Shown here: piece by piece, positions 6,771-15,636 of the stretch
How the letters are laid out: each line of letters opens with the position of its first letter
How positions within the stretch are numbered: the stretch's first letter is position 1
Source of the DNA: an uncultured phage cr116_1
Direction: 5' to 3' (one strand)
Length of the DNA stretch: 40,000 bases
Sequence record: MT774389.1
Made by a program: the position numbers and the translations under genes
Notes under the pieces: generated by a model
The model's input: only the letters and a program-made list of their open reading frames with translations
What the model was told of the DNA's origin: nothing
The model's database searches: none

Positions 6771-7028
6771 ATGAAAAAGCTCATTTTCTGCAAGAGTATT
6801 AAGTTAGTTCTCAAAGGTATATTACTATGGGTTTCAGCACTCATAGTATTACTCTCTGTTTGTGGTATAGATAGTATTGCAGACAAAGGTTATAGTTGGT
6901 TCTTTGGTATGATAGTATTAGATATTATGCTTATTTTAGCTTGCTTCTATACTATCACTGAAGAAGAGTACAAGATAGTGTCTGGTTATAATCTATTTAA
7001 TGAGACACTCAAACTAGATGAAGATTAG
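6771..7028 (+). CDS. Small two-TM membrane protein
   Basis: Two hydrophobic segments. Confidence 0.7.
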   Translation: MKKLIFCKSIKLVLKGILLWVSALIVLLSVCGIDSIADKGYSWFFGMIVLDIMLILACFYTITEEEYKIVSGYNLFNETLKLDED

Positions 7029-7092
7029 GTTTTAGTTATATAAGTTAAGATTGTTTTTAGGATGTGCTATTACTGTGAAGTAATAGCATTTA

Positions 7093-7166
7093 GGGTCTAT
7101 AGCTCAAGTGGTTAGAGCAGCACACTCATAATGTGAAGGTTTAGGGTTCAAATCCCTATTGACCCA
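7093..7166 (+). tRNA. tRNA-Met(CAT)
   Basis: Acceptor GGGTCTA/TTGACCC, anticodon loop CTCATAA, T arm TAGGG-TTCAAAT-CCCTA. Confidence 0.85.
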
Positions 7167-7186
7167 CTTTAAGTTTTTAACAAAAT

Positions 7187-7486
7187 ATGGTACAACTTTC
7201 CATTACAATTGATGACAATAACAAGGTTACTGTTAATCAGAGTGCTACTCCTACTAAAGTGGAGAAGAAGTCTACAATAGCTGACAAAACTTACTTTATA
7301 ATAATGAGAAACTCTGATAAAAGTTATTGGCCAGAACTAGTAACAGAGGACTTTCAGGAGGCTCTCTTTACTAAGAGGGAACTTGAGAAGAATGGAGGAT
7401 TTTGTTATTCATACAGAATCTTTGTGCAGAAGAATGGTTCTATAGTGCCTTGTAATAATACTGACTTTGATATATATTCACTCTAA
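7187..7486 (+). CDS. Hypothetical protein
   Basis: 99 aa ORF. Confidence 0.7.
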   Translation: MVQLSITIDDNNKVTVNQSATPTKVEKKSTIADKTYFIIMRNSDKSYWPELVTEDFQEALFTKRELEKNGGFCYSYRIFVQKNGSIVPCNNTDFDIYSL

Positions 7487-7504
7487 CCTCTTAAAAGAAA
7501 AGTA

Positions 7505-7577
7505 GCATCCATAGCTCAATGGATAGAGCAACAGCCTTCTAAGCTGTGGGTTGTGAGTTCGAGTCTCACTGGATGCA
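7505..7577 (+). tRNA. tRNA-Arg(TCT), second copy
   Basis: Acceptor GCATCCA/TGGATGC, anticodon arm CAGC-CTTCTAA-GCTG. Confidence 0.9.
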
Positions 7578-7592
7578 CAAAAGTTAATAGTT

Positions 7593-7772
7593 ATGACAAT
7601 TAAAGAACTATATTACTTTGCAATAAACCATTCTTTATTAGATGAAGAGGTTGATGTTGTTGCTAGAGAATACAATAAAGAGTTTTTGAAAGTTACTAAA
7701 CCTACTAAACCATTGGATTTAAGTAAGGTTGAATATACTTTTGAAGATGTAATAGCGTTGTTTTCTAATTGA
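7593..7772 (+). CDS. Small hypothetical protein MTIKELYYFAINHSLLDEEVDVVAREYNKEFLKVTKPTKPLDLSKVEYTFEDVIALFSN (absent from ORF track)
   Basis: 59 aa ORF between two tRNAs. Confidence 0.5.
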   Translation: MTIKELYYFAINHSLLDEEVDVVAREYNKEFLKVTKPTKPLDLSKVEYTFEDVIALFSN

Positions 7773-7817
7773 CATTCTGTAGTAGTTCAGAGTGTAAAGA
7801 AAAATGATGAATCTAAA

Positions 7818-7891
7818 GGTTAATTAGCTCAATTGTATAGAGCAATAGTTTCCTAAACTATAGGTTAGGGGTTAGAATCCCCTATTAACCA
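7818..7891 (+). tRNA. tRNA-Arg(CCT), atypical T loop
   Basis: Acceptor GGTTAAT/ATTAACC, anticodon arm ATAGT-TTCCTAA-ACTAT, T loop TTAGAAT. Confidence 0.85.
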
Positions 7892-7910
7892 CTATCTTTA
7901 AATTTGGAAT

Positions 7911-7935
7911 GTAAGTTCGAGTCTTACTAAGGGCA
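7911..7935 (+). pseudogene. Orphan 3' half of a tRNA (T arm plus acceptor strand)
   Basis: GTAAG-TTCGAGT-CTTAC-TAAGGGC-A with no matching 5' half nearby. Confidence 0.5.
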
Positions 7936-7972
7936 CAAAACAAAAAACAAGAATAATAAAGCAAACAAGAGT

Positions 7973-8131
7973 ATGATAACAAAGAAAAAATGGACTAATG
8001 AGGAGAATAATATTCTAGTCCAAGCTATCACAGCTAACCCTCATAACATTCAAGAAGCTTGCAGATATGCTGCAACTAAATTTGAAAGTAGAGCACTTAA
8101 AGATATTATAATAATTCATAATAAACAATAA
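7973..8131 (+). CDS. 52-aa SANT/Myb-like small protein (absent from ORF track)
   Basis: MITKKKWTNEENNILVQAITANPHNIQEACRYAATKFESRA resembles a Myb/SANT repeat. Confidence 0.5.
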   Translation: MITKKKWTNEENNILVQAITANPHNIQEACRYAATKFESRALKDIIIIHNKQ

Positions 8132-8133
8132 TT

Positions 8134-8370
8134 ATGGCAAGAAAAAGATTTAACACAGCAAGAATATGTACTTCAGAGAATTATGAAATATCTCATAGAG
8201 CACATAAACAAGAATTAGTAATGGCACATTCTCAATTACAACAAATGCTAATAAAAGAAGAAATAGTTATTAAAAAGACAGCTTATATTAAAGTGTTTGG
8301 TAGATTTGTGCCATTAACTAGTGTAGAAATTCCTCTTTATGAGGGTAAAACAGAGATAATTTGGAAGTAA
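8134..8370 (+). CDS. Hypothetical protein
   Basis: 78 aa ORF immediately after the preceding stop. Confidence 0.65.
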   Translation: MARKRFNTARICTSENYEISHRAHKQELVMAHSQLQQMLIKEEIVIKKTAYIKVFGRFVPLTSVEIPLYEGKTEIIWK

Positions 8371-8475
8371 AGTATTATAAATATTAAGACAAAAACATAC
8401 ATTAATGCCATAATTTTAATAGTCTCTATTACCTATGAAGGTAGTAGAGGCTTCTTAAACTTTGAAAGAATACAG

Positions 8476-8859
8476 ATGAAAAAATATATATTAATATTGA
8501 TTTTATCAATTATAATCAATATTCCTGTCATAGGAGAAACAATAACTCATGTCACTCTCACCTATTATCAACCTGTTAAAGCACAATGTGATAAACAACC
8601 ATTAATTACAGCAGATGGTAGTAAGATAAATCTTCATCATCTAAAGAATAATAGGATAAAGTGGTGTGCAATCTCAAGAGATTTACTTTGGTTGTTTCCT
8701 AAGAACAAACCTAAGAGAGTATATATTGAAGGTTTTGGTATCTATGAAGTCAAAGATGTCATGAATAAAAGACATAATCATTGCATTGACATCCTAATTC
8801 ATCCTAAAGATACTAGAAGAGTTAAACTAGAGAAAGTTAAAGTAAAAATATTAAAATAA
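8476..8859 (+). CDS. Secreted 3D-domain (double-psi beta barrel) cell-wall protein
   Basis: Signal peptide then THVTLTYYQPVKAQCDKQPLITADGSKI ... VYIEGFGIYEVKDVMNKRHNHCIDILI. Confidence 0.75.
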   Translation: MKKYILILILSIIINIPVIGETITHVTLTYYQPVKAQCDKQPLITADGSKINLHHLKNNRIKWCAISRDLLWLFPKNKPKRVYIEGFGIYEVKDVMNKRHNHCIDILIHPKDTRRVKLEKVKVKILK

Positions 8860-8860
8860 A

Positions 8861-9064
8861 ATGACATTTATAAAGATTATAATATCCCTTTTACTAACAA
8901 GTATTTTAACTATAGGAATGATATATGTAATAAATACTCTTACACCTACAAAGACTCCGCAAGAGTTTCAGTATAAAAAGCATGATTACATCTATTTTCC
9001 TGGCAAGGGAATCATCCATTCACCAGAGTGTAAACAATGTACATTAACATTTGAAACAATATGA
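8861..9064 (+). CDS. Small membrane-anchored protein
   Basis: N-terminal TM; overlaps next ORF by ATGA. Confidence 0.6.
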   Translation: MTFIKIIISLLLTSILTIGMIYVINTLTPTKTPQEFQYKKHDYIYFPGKGIIHSPECKQCTLTFETI

Positions 9065-9234
9065 TAACATTAGAAAGGTCAACTCCATCTCAAAGAAAGC
9101 AAATAGAACTTATTGAGAAATGGATGAGCATTAAATTTAAAGGCTGTATCACTAGTAAAATAGATTGTCAACTATTTATAGGTGACTACTACGAAGATGC
9201 AGTCTATTTACAACAAGAATATAATGAGCAATGA
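9061..9234 (+). CDS. 57-aa hypothetical protein MITLERSTPSQRKQIELIEKWMSIKFKGCITSKIDCQLFIGDYYEDAVYLQQEYNEQ (absent from ORF track)
   Basis: ATGA coupling with 8861..9064. Confidence 0.5.
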   Translation: MITLERSTPSQRKQIELIEKWMSIKFKGCITSKIDCQLFIGDYYEDAVYLQQEYNEQ

Positions 9235-9318
9235 AAGAAGAATATATCTCATGGGAGTACTTCAAGGAAGATACTCCTATAGATACTATCAAAGTAAGTC
9301 ACAACTAAATTAAACAAT

Positions 9319-9758
9319 ATGGAAACAAAAGAACTCAAAATACAAGCACCAAAAGGTTATGAAATTGATAAAGAAACTCTACATTTGAGTGTATCAAGTT
9401 CAAACCTATAAAAAATATTACATATAAAGATGTGTGTAAAAATATATTTGAAAATAATTCTGGTTACTCTATAAATCAGTATGGAAAAATTGCACCAAAT
9501 AGAAAGCAACTTGAAAGATTGTTAGCATTAAACCAACTTCTCAACATTGCTGAGTATTATAATAAATTACATCCTACACGATATATCAGACCATATTGCA
9601 TTACATTTGAAGAAGAATATGGTTACATTGTAAGGCAGTATGATATAGCTGATTGTCTCTATGGTGTAGTTGCACTTTTTAATAGTAATGATGATGCACA
9701 AGAAGTAATAGACAATCCTAACTTCCGAGAAATTCTTGATACTATTTATAAAGATTAG
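9319..9758 (+). pseudogene. Bacteroides-phage small conserved protein split by a one-base frameshift near 9374
   Basis: METKELKIQAPKGYEIDKE in one frame, STFECIKFKPIKNITYKDVCKNIFENNSGYSINQYGKI in the other; restoring one A gives GYEIDKENSTFECIKFKPIK. Confidence 0.6.
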
Positions 9759-9764
9759 TAGAGT

Positions 9765-10034
9765 ATGAAAATATCTGAATTACAAGAGATTCTAGAACAC
9801 TATAAACAAGAAAATGGTGATTTAGAAGTGAGATTAGTAATAGACACACATAATGGTGAGGAATACAATAAACTAATTAGTAATTGTATAGACACTACAC
9901 AAGTCTATGATGAAGAGAAGTTTAACAACTTAGTAAATAACATGGGTTTAACGGAACAGCAAGCTTTTGATAATCTTAAAGATAAAGAGTTAGCTACAAC
10001 ATACTTAGACATTTACACATACATTAAAGGATAA
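9765..10034 (+). CDS. Hypothetical protein; domain related to C-terminus of next gene
   Basis: MKISELQEILEHYKQENGDLEVRLVID. Confidence 0.7.
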   Translation: MKISELQEILEHYKQENGDLEVRLVIDTHNGEEYNKLISNCIDTTQVYDEEKFNNLVNNMGLTEQQAFDNLKDKELATTYLDIYTYIKG

Positions 10035-10038
10035 AATT

Positions 10039-10920
10039 ATGAATATAGCAAATTTGTTAAAATATTGTCCTAAAGGTACTAAATTATATAGTACTGCATT
10101 TGGAGAAGTAGAGTTAATTGATACATCTTCATTAGCAAATACAATATTAGTTCAAAATAATCATGATACACCCTTTACTTTTTATAGTGATGGTTCTTAT
10201 ATATTAGATGGAGAGTGTATTTTATTTCCATCTAAAGACCAAAGAGATTGGAGTAAATTTAGGCTTCCTCTCAAAAGAGGCGATATTATGATGAAAGCAG
10301 ATGGTACTATACCATTTATTGCAAGTGGTGAATTTTATAAAGATACTTCGCCAAAATATATATGTGGTGTTGACACTACTGAACATTTTAAAACAGGAAT
10401 TTATGGTTGGACTTCTGAATTTTACATACCAGCTTCAAAAGAGGCTAAAAAAGAGTTATTTAGTAAAATAGCAGAAGCAGGATATAAATGGAATGCTAAT
10501 ACTTTAGAGTTAGAGAAATGGGAATTTGAGTTTAAAGAAGGTAATGTTATAAAAGACAATAAAAACAATTTGTATCTAATTGTAGATACTAATGTTCGTC
10601 CTAAAATTGGATGTGTTCTTAATCAAGATATGAAATTAACTATTCTTGATAAAGTCACTACATTAGATTCAATTAAGTTTACTTTAGCTAATGAAAAAGA
10701 AAGAAACATACTCTATTCAGCTTTAGTTAGAGAGATTATCAGTATGACAAAAAAACAACATAAACTTACAGTAAAAGACCTCCGAGAGGCATTGAAGAAC
10801 CTTGATGAAAGTAAGGAAGTTATGATTGTAAACTCCTACTCATGTAGTAACAAGATTGACATTGAATATATTAAGGAACTCAAAGAAAATGGTAAAGAAT
10901 ACTACAAAATTAATATCTAA
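10039..10920 (+). CDS. Hypothetical two-domain protein
   Basis: 293 aa ORF; C-terminal LTVKDLREALKNLDESKEVMIVNS resembles ORF 9765. Confidence 0.75.
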   Translation: MNIANLLKYCPKGTKLYSTAFGEVELIDTSSLANTILVQNNHDTPFTFYSDGSYILDGECILFPSKDQRDWSKFRLPLKRGDIMMKADGTIPFIASGEFYKDTSPKYICGVDTTEHFKTGIYGWTSEFYIPASKEAKKELFSKIAEAGYKWNANTLELEKWEFEFKEGNVIKDNKNNLYLIVDTNVRPKIGCVLNQDMKLTILDKVTTLDSIKFTLANEKERNILYSALVREIISMTKKQHKLTVKDLREALKNLDESKEVMIVNSYSCSNKIDIEYIKELKENGKEYYKINI

Positions 10921-10977
10921 GGGCAAAATTTCTAGAAAACATTTATTCATTTCATATTAATTTTAATAAACAAAATT

Positions 10978-11313
10978 ATGGCAGCAAACAAAAATCAGAT
11001 GCCTATCATCAGTGAAAAGGGCATCAATAAAGCACTTGAAGCATTTAAGTCAGTTTACGAAAAGAACAAGGAAAAGTACGTAGAAGAGAATATTAAGGTT
11101 GAGGATGTAGTAAACCTCACTAAGGGCTTCTCTGGAAAGAGTGCTCTTCTTGCAACAACTGTTATTATCTCTGTAATAGTTGCTATGCCCCTAAGAGAAT
11201 TTATGGTATTCATGGACATTGCAAAGTCAATATCTAGGGTAAGGTGCCTTGAAGCTATGAAGGAACTCCTTGAGGATAAGGCAAAAGGTGCAGACAATGA
11301 CATTGACAATTAA
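10978..11313 (+). CDS. Hypothetical protein with central hydrophobic segment
   Basis: 111 aa ORF. Confidence 0.7.
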   Translation: MAANKNQMPIISEKGINKALEAFKSVYEKNKEKYVEENIKVEDVVNLTKGFSGKSALLATTVIISVIVAMPLREFMVFMDIAKSISRVRCLEAMKELLEDKAKGADNDIDN

Positions 11314-11316
11314 TTT

Positions 11317-11715
11317 ATGGTAGAACCAAAATTGAGTCTTATCTTAGTACTTCCAGGAAGTACTATGGTAAGCCAGCAGGTGGCTGAAAACAAACCAGAA
11401 GAGTTAACCGAAGAGCATAAGATGCTCCTTAAGAGTTACAAATCAAAGAAGGGCAAAGGTCCTGAGGTTATTACATTTAGGACAAGAAAGTCAATTCCTG
11501 CAAAGCAGGTATTGAAGATGTCTCAAGAAGCTTATGAAGCTATGCTTGAGGACTCAACAAGTCCTAAGTACAACAAGGTTATTGCTAAAGTTAAAGGCAA
11601 ACTTATTAGAGTGTGGGACACCATGTCAGAAGATGCTAGAATCAAGAAGCATTGTGAACTTATTGCTCATGATATGGGTGCTATAGACTTCAGCTATAAT
11701 ATCCTTGATGACTAG
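11317..11715 (+). CDS. Hypothetical protein
   Basis: 132 aa ORF. Confidence 0.7.
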   Translation: MVEPKLSLILVLPGSTMVSQQVAENKPEELTEEHKMLLKSYKSKKGKGPEVITFRTRKSIPAKQVLKMSQEAYEAMLEDSTSPKYNKVIAKVKGKLIRVWDTMSEDARIKKHCELIAHDMGAIDFSYNILDD

Positions 11716-11780
11716 ACCAATAGAGCTTTGTAGGATATAAATCCTACTTAACTCTTCTTTTTGTATATAATAGTGTAATT

Positions 11781-11969
11781 ATGAAGATATGTATTATAGT
11801 AATACTCATAATATACATGATGGTCCTTATTAGTAAGTATGAACCATCAATAGATATAATAGTGCAAGGTAAAAGGTATAGGGTGTTATTATGGTATAAT
11901 AGCCATAAGTCAAACTATTCGAATAAACCTACAGTAGTAAGAAATTACATACAACTATTTATAATATGA
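11781..11969 (+). CDS. Small membrane protein
   Basis: N-terminal TM, overlaps next start. Confidence 0.55.
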   Translation: MKICIIVILIIYMMVLISKYEPSIDIIVQGKRYRVLLWYNSHKSNYSNKPTVVRNYIQLFII

Positions 11970-12172
11970 GTAAAGGGAAAAAGTACAAAATACCTCACAA
12001 ATACCTCAGCAAATATCCTGTAAGGAAAAGAGCTAGATATAAAGTAATGGGAGGTAAAAATGGTGAAAAAGCAAAGTTTAAGTACTTTAGACACAAAAAA
12101 CTCTGGAAGACCTTAGAAGGTCATATATCTATGAGGAAGATGATGACTAGGTATATTTGGTTTTGGGACTAA
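11966..12172 (+). CDS. Small basic protein
   Basis: 68 aa, K/R-rich. Confidence 0.6.
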   Translation: MSKGKKYKIPHKYLSKYPVRKRARYKVMGGKNGEKAKFKYFRHKKLWKTLEGHISMRKMMTRYIWFWD

Positions 12173-12190
12173 TAATATGAGAAATTTATT

Positions 12191-12736
12191 ATGAAAAATA
12201 AATGGTTAAAAGCACTTATTGTAGCAGCTACAGTGGTGTCGTGGAGTATAATAATTGTATTACTCTTACAGGTCAAGAGTATAGTTTCTCAACAGCCAAA
12301 GGTTGAAACTATCCCTATCATAGAGGTAGCTGACACTATTATTAATGAGCAACCAAAGTTTTTCTCTCAGACCCCTAAGGAAGGTCTGGAGGAGGCTTTG
12401 TCTTATTATGGTTTAGAGCATAAGGATATTGTCTATGCTCAAGCTGTTCTTGAAACAGGACATTTTAAGTCCAAGGCATGCTTGAAATATAATAATCTAT
12501 TTGGTCTTTATAATAGTAAAGAAAAGAGATATTGTAAATTTAATCATTGGACTGAAAGCATTGTAGCTTATAAGGAGTGGATACAAAAGAAATATCAACC
12601 TCCGAACAATTATTATACTTTCCTTGAAGAGATAAACTATGCAGAAGGAAAGAGTTATACAAGATTATTAAAAGAAATTGTAAAGAATAGAAAAGATGAC
12701 AAGAGAAGACATACTGAGAGAAGTTCTTTCACTTGA
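12191..12736 (+). CDS. Membrane-anchored glucosaminidase-family peptidoglycan hydrolase (putative endolysin)
   Basis: N-terminal TM; AVLETGHFKSKACLKYNNLFGLYNSKEKRYCKFNHWTESIVAYKEW typical of PF01832. Confidence 0.85.
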   Translation: MKNKWLKALIVAATVVSWSIIIVLLLQVKSIVSQQPKVETIPIIEVADTIINEQPKFFSQTPKEGLEEALSYYGLEHKDIVYAQAVLETGHFKSKACLKYNNLFGLYNSKEKRYCKFNHWTESIVAYKEWIQKKYQPPNNYYTFLEEINYAEGKSYTRLLKEIVKNRKDDKRRHTERSSFT

Positions 12737-13871
12737 AGGAAATAATTGGCTACTTGAATTAGCCACTGGTACAGGAAAGTCTAGATTAGCTCTAGAGAAA
12801 GTTAAATCATTAGGTGGTAAAACTCTGTTGCTTGTAGTGAATAGAAATGTTCATAAGCAGAATTGGGCTGATGAAATTAAGAAGTGGTGGTCAAACTGTA
12901 ATATGGAAATTACTATGACTACTTATGTTTCTCTTCCTAAATATGCAGGAAAGTATGACTGTGCTATATTTGATGAAGCACATCATTTATCAGAAAGATG
13001 TAAAGAGGCTTTATGTTCTTTTGATATTAAGCATAGTATATTATTATCAGCAACAGTAAGTAATAAACTTAAAGATGAATTAATTGAAGTATTTGATGAC
13101 TTGACTTTATATAAAAAGGATTTAAGAGATGTTATAGAAAATGACATTCTTCCAGACCCTAAAGTATATATATTGCCATTAAATCTTAGAGCTGATTTTC
13201 CAACAGAAGTTATAATGAAAAATCCTAAAGCTAAAGGAAAATTAATAGAATCTTCTTGGGCTTTAAGATGGAGCTATATGAAGCAAAAAACTAATCCAGT
13301 TAGAATTCATTGTACTCAAAGACAATATATAACTGATTTGGATAATCAGATTGAATATTGGAAAAAAAGATATTTAAGGTCAAGAAGTGAGATATTCAAG
13401 AATAAATGGTTAAGACTATGTAATGATAGATTAAAGTGGCTAAGTGACAAGAAAACTCCTTATGTACAACAGATTTTAATACATCTAGGAGAGTATAGAA
13501 CACTAATTTTCTGTAATAGTATTGAGCAAACAGAAATGCTTGGAGAGTATTGCATTAATAGTAAAAATAAAGAGTCTATAGAACATCTAGAAGCCTTTAA
13601 TGAAGGTAAAATAGACCACATTACTGCTTGTAATATGCTCAATGAGGGTATGAATTTATATAACTGTCAAGTAGGTATTTATGCTAACTTGAATAGCTCT
13701 GACACTATTGTGAAGCAAAGGATGGGTAGATTACTTAGGCATAAGAATCCTGTTCTTATTGTTCCTTATTTTGTAGGCACAAGAGATGAGGAATTAGTCA
13801 ATAAAATGCTTGAGAACTATAATCCTAAGCTTGTTACTGTAATTAATGATTACAAAAAGATTAAGATATGA
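12696..13871 (+). CDS. Superfamily 2 DEAD/DEAH-box helicase
   Basis: ATGTGKSRLA Walker A, DEAHH motif II, QRMGRLLRH motif VI. Confidence 0.9.
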   Translation: MTREDILREVLSLEGNNWLLELATGTGKSRLALEKVKSLGGKTLLLVVNRNVHKQNWADEIKKWWSNCNMEITMTTYVSLPKYAGKYDCAIFDEAHHLSERCKEALCSFDIKHSILLSATVSNKLKDELIEVFDDLTLYKKDLRDVIENDILPDPKVYILPLNLRADFPTEVIMKNPKAKGKLIESSWALRWSYMKQKTNPVRIHCTQRQYITDLDNQIEYWKKRYLRSRSEIFKNKWLRLCNDRLKWLSDKKTPYVQQILIHLGEYRTLIFCNSIEQTEMLGEYCINSKNKESIEHLEAFNEGKIDHITACNMLNEGMNLYNCQVGIYANLNSSDTIVKQRMGRLLRHKNPVLIVPYFVGTRDEELVNKMLENYNPKLVTVINDYKKIKI

Positions 13872-14461
13872 AATTAACTATAGACCAAACTGTTCTTGAT
13901 AAGAATGGTTTAACTCTAGAAGAGTTTTTGGTCTTGTTTCTTGGTGCTAAAGATGTAGATATTGAGTCTGTTTCCCAATCATTGATAGCTAAAGGTTTAG
14001 CTGATAAAGACCTGTTCTCTAATGGAAAGATAGTTGTCAGTGACAAAGTGAAGGACTTGATATCTACCATCTCTATAGACTCTGATAAAAATGTTATTGA
14101 CAAGGACTCTGAGTTTATGAAATTAGCTACTGAGTTACGAGAAATTTACCCTGCTGGAAGAAAGGATGGAACTACTTATATGTGGAGAGGCACTACAGCA
14201 GAGGTGGCAAAGAAACTTAAAACTCTTGTAGTTAAATATGGATATACTATTAATAAAGAAGATGTAATAAAGGCTACTAAAGAATATGTAAGTTCCTTTA
14301 ATGGAAATTACAGATATATGCAATTACTAAAGTATTTTATACTTAAATCTGTAAAAGATGCAGATGGTAATGTAGATATAAAGTCAGAACTTATGTCTTT
14401 TATTGAAAATAGTGGACAATTAGATAAACAAAAAGAAGATTGGGTAAGTAATATGATATGA
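13868..14461 (+). CDS. Hypothetical replication-module protein
   Basis: 197 aa ORF, ATGA-coupled with both neighbours. Confidence 0.75.
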   Translation: MKLTIDQTVLDKNGLTLEEFLVLFLGAKDVDIESVSQSLIAKGLADKDLFSNGKIVVSDKVKDLISTISIDSDKNVIDKDSEFMKLATELREIYPAGRKDGTTYMWRGTTAEVAKKLKTLVVKYGYTINKEDVIKATKEYVSSFNGNYRYMQLLKYFILKSVKDADGNVDIKSELMSFIENSGQLDKQKEDWVSNMI

Positions 14462-15636
14462 GTATAAGAGAAAGATTAAAAGACTTTATAGAAGCTAGAA
14501 GGAATAAAGTACTTAGTGGAGAGGTAAACTGTATTCCTACTCCATTTCCTAGATTTTCAGAGCAATTTCCAGGTATAGAACAAGGTAAATTTTATCTTGT
14601 AAGTGGAGCATCTAAAGCTTCTAAAACTCAGATAATGAATTATCTGTTTCTTTATAATACTGTACTATTTGCTTACAATAATCCTAATATTTTAGTTCCA
14701 AAGATATTTTATTATGCTTTAGAAGAAACAAAAGAGAATATAACTTTAAGATTTATATGCTATCTATTATATACTCTATATAATGTAGAAATAAGTCCTA
14801 AAGATTTAACTTCTACTAATGCTAAAAAGCCTGTTAGTAAAGAAGTATTAAATCTTTTAGACTCTAAAGAGATAGTAGATATTCTCAATTTCTATGAAGA
14901 ACATGTAAGATTTTGTGATTCTAAAAATCCAACAGGAGTATGGAAAGATATAAATACTTATGCTAAGAATCATGGAATAATACATAAAAAAAGCTTTAAA
15001 TATAAAGATATTGATGGAACTGAAAGAAGTGGAGAAGCATTTGATTATTATGAACCTTATAAAAAGAATGAATATGTAATGTTTATAGTAGACCATGTAT
15101 CTCTACTTGATACTGAAAGAGGATTTACTCTTAGAGAGACTATTAATAAGCTATGTGAGTATCTTATTATAGCTAGAAATAACTATAACTATATACCTGT
15201 AATAGTTCAACAGCAAAACATTGAAACTATAGGTTTAGATGCCTTTAAGAGCAATAAAATCAGACCAACATTGGCAGGTTTAGCTGATAGTAAGGACACA
15301 GGTAAAGCAGTAGATGTAATGTTAGGTATAACCAATCCATTTAGTTTTGAGATACCAGATTATCTAGGCTATAATATTAAGATATTAAAAGGAAGTTTCA
15401 GATGTCTTGAAATAGTTCTTAATAGAAGTGGAGAATCTAATGTAATATGTCCATTATATTTTAATGGTGCCATTAACTTCTATAAAGAGTTACCTAAACC
15501 TTCTGATTCTATAGAAATAGAGAGAATTTATAGAGAAATAGAAAATAAAAAGAAAGGTATTAATAATAAAGTAACATTATTAGCATTTGCTATAACAAAC
15601 AAAATTAACAAATTATTTAATTATGGACAGAATTAA
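14458..15636 (+). CDS. DnaB-like replicative helicase / RecA-fold ATPase
   Basis: GKFYLVSGASKASKTQIMNYLFLYN and FIVDHVSLLDTERGFTLRETINKLCEYLIIARN. Confidence 0.75.
   Translation: MSIRERLKDFIEARRNKVLSGEVNCIPTPFPRFSEQFPGIEQGKFYLVSGASKASKTQIMNYLFLYNTVLFAYNNPNILVPKIFYYALEETKENITLRFICYLLYTLYNVEISPKDLTSTNAKKPVSKEVLNLLDSKEIVDILNFYEEHVRFCDSKNPTGVWKDINTYAKNHGIIHKKSFKYKDIDGTERSGEAFDYYEPYKKNEYVMFIVDHVSLLDTERGFTLRETINKLCEYLIIARNNYNYIPVIVQQQNIETIGLDAFKSNKIRPTLAGLADSKDTGKAVDVMLGITNPFSFEIPDYLGYNIKILKGSFRCLEIVLNRSGESNVICPLYFNGAINFYKELPKPSDSIEIERIYREIENKKKGINNKVTLLAFAITNKINKLFNYGQN

Noticed and set aside
13460-15096. Minus-strand ORFs 13460..13642, 13861..14103, 14135..14323 and 14857..15096
   Set aside because: Mirror images of the helicase and replication genes; spurious antisense frames
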